Positions 62,294-64,000 of a stretch of 64,000 bases of DNA are shown piece by piece. The first letter of the stretch is position 1. Every line of letters begins with the position of its first letter. Below the pieces are notes generated by a model that worked only from the letters and a program-made list of their open reading frames with translations, made no database searches and was not told the origin of the DNA. Both the position numbers and the translations under genes were made by a program. The stretch comes from Nitrospirota bacterium (GTDB lineage Bacteria > Nitrospirota > UBA9217): assembly GCA_035623825.1 (NCBI GenBank), contig DASPSR010000062.1:1-64000 (forward strand), given 5' to 3'.

Positions 62294-62723
62294 CTACTAG
62301 GAGTCGGCCGCGCACGGGAGACGCGACCTTCTTACCCAACTTACCCACCGCAGCACATACGACCCAGGCAAGGGGGAGCCGGAAGACTTCCCCTGCTCTT
62401 TATCACAAAGCCAGACGCACGTACAACGGATTGCTAAATGGTCTTTGTTGATACTCCGGGCGCTTCAGGGCTGAAGTAATATCCCAATAAATCAAATCCC
62501 TTTTCTATTCGCCTAATATATGTTCAAGCTACAACCAGTATTTGATGATAGTTTCGTCTGTCTGCAATTGCAGAATCGTAGGTGCAACAGTTGCTGATAC
62601 GAATGCTATTTAATAACAATTTTCTGGAGAAATATTGATTGTTGCCAAGATTTGAAATTCGTGACTTTCAGGAAATAATTTTTATTGTACCAGATTAAAA
62701 TAGCAAAATTGCTTCAACATGTA

Positions 62724-62781
62724 ATTCGTAATCAGCAGGTCGTCCGTTCAACCCGGATCGCCGGCTCCATTTTTTCAAACA
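62724..62781 (+). repeat. attR: duplicated 3' part of tRNA-Thr
   Basis: attcgtaatcagcaggtcgtccgttcaacccggatcgccggctccattttttcaaaca identical to 57850-57907. Confidence 0.93.
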
Positions 62782-63258
62782 CATAGCTTTTTTCCCCACA
62801 TCACAAATCATTTTAAAATAACCACCCAATGACCACTTTCCTAACCATCCTTTTCTTGTTGTAGGCCCCCAAATTGTAGCGCTGTGAGTTACATACAGGC
62901 ATTGTCGGCTTCTAAGATTTTTCTTTTTCTTGTAACTGATACTGGTTGTCATTTCGAATGTTTATACGACAGAGGAGGTAACCAATCTTATGTGAGGAAA
63001 ATAAGAACTATCGATTGAAGTAAACGATGCGAACTCCCATCCTGTAATGCAAAGCAGTTGCGTCATTTCTTAAAAGCTTATTTCATCCCGTAATTGATAC
63101 TGATAAGTATCTTATCTCTTATTGCATTATCATTCAGACTAATCGATATTCCCCTTGCTCCTTTCGTTAAAATATAGTACGCTCGTTTCATTAATAGAAC
63201 GGTGGGTGATCGCAGGCTCCTGGAAAAACACCATAACTTGTTTTTGGGGGGTAAATAA

Positions 63259-63879
63259 ATGGAGACGCTCACAAAAAAAACAGCGATGATTCGCCAATTT
63301 CATCTGTCCGACTGGTTCACCCTTGCAAACGCTGTGTGTGGCACTGGCGCCCTCTTCTCTTCAATGACGTACCTTACCACGGGTGATGTCCTACACATTT
63401 ATTTGAGCTGCAGTCTGATAGTTGCCGCTTTAGCATTTGACATACTTGATGGCCGTATCGCTCGGTGGCGCCAAAAAACGTCTGCGATGGGCCGCGAGCT
63501 TGATTCTCTTGCCGATGTCATTTCCTTCGGTGTTGCACCAGCAATGCTCGCATATGTTTGCGGCATGCAGGGCCTCTACGACCGCATCATTTTATCCTAT
63601 TTTGTCGCTTGCGGAGTATCCCGGCTAGCCCGTTACAATGTAACAGCCGAGGCACTGTCCGAGGGCGGAGATAAAGTGCGGTACTTCGAAGGCACACCAA
63701 TACCAAGTTCCCTCTTACTAGTCTTCCTTATCTGGATAGCAGCTTCAAACGGTGCTTTGCGCGAACGGCTTTGGCTGGGTGAAGTCAAGCTCCTTGGCTT
63801 TCGGCTCCATCCGTTCACCCTTCTATTTGCACTTTCTGGATCATTAATGATCAGTAGATTGCGTATTCCAAAGCTATGA
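63259..63879 (+). CDS. pssA: CDP-diacylglycerol--serine O-phosphatidyltransferase
   Basis: DILDGRIAR...GRELDSLADVISFGVAPA, SRLARYN, FEGTPIP. Confidence 0.88.
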   Translation: METLTKKTAMIRQFHLSDWFTLANAVCGTGALFSSMTYLTTGDVLHIYLSCSLIVAALAFDILDGRIARWRQKTSAMGRELDSLADVISFGVAPAMLAYVCGMQGLYDRIILSYFVACGVSRLARYNVTAEALSEGGDKVRYFEGTPIPSSLLLVFLIWIAASNGALRERLWLGEVKLLGFRLHPFTLLFALSGSLMISRLRIPKL

Positions 63880-64000
63880 AAAATATCGGGCTCAAATTAG
63901 CATCAAGTCCACAAACTAAAGAGCGGGCACAATAAAATCTTAATAATGGATACATAGCCTGATCCAATTAAGCAAGGACGACGCGTGTTGCGCTGGATCT

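Larger units (their letters stand above)
57850..62781. mobile_element. ~4.9 kb islet integrated in tRNA-Thr, no integrase
   Basis: Perfect 58-bp direct repeat 57850-57907 / 62724-62781. Confidence 0.85.

Noticed and set aside
61642-62460. Integron attC sites after the collagen-like genes (RYYYAAC present)
   Set aside because: No matching GTTRRRY end or attC-like palindrome; no integron integrase

Overview
Bacterial chromosome segment from an anaerobe. Gene content and style suggest Nitrospirota/Thermodesulfovibrionia or Desulfobacterota, which is inference only. Four blocks are visible. (1) 1-9.5 kb: a mosaic of accessory genes and gene debris (heptaheme ImcH-like cytochrome, Omp85 barrel, DUF374 pseudogene) ending in a 3' tRNA-Pro fragment. 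(2) 9.6-32.4 kb: a ~23 kb island bounded by two tRNA-Pro 3' fragments. It carries a soluble 4-PAS kinase/NarL pair and a corrinoid methyl-transfer operon: two Zn-thiolate MtaA/UroD-type methyltransferases, a corrinoid protein, a RACE activator, a CobW-type GTPase, a CbbQ/NorQ AAA+ ATPase with a CbbO/NorD VWA partner, a Zn-finger protein and DUF2284. It also carries a B12-riboswitch-controlled cobT-bzaCDE-bzaF lower-ligand pathway. (3) 32.5-57.9 kb: core genes (surE, pcm, crcB, rnfCDGEAB, gcvH, lpdA, mazG, glnD, tamB, polA, tRNA-Thr). (4) 57.9-62.8 kb: an integrase-less islet in tRNA-Thr(CGT) with a 58-bp direct repeat, encoding a HAF-repeat propeller and two paralogous collagen-like secreted proteins, followed by pssA. 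The best candidate for an undescribed system is the corrinoid methyltransferase operon with its own MoxR AAA+/VWA chaperone pair. All family assignments come from motif recognition by eye; no searches were run.
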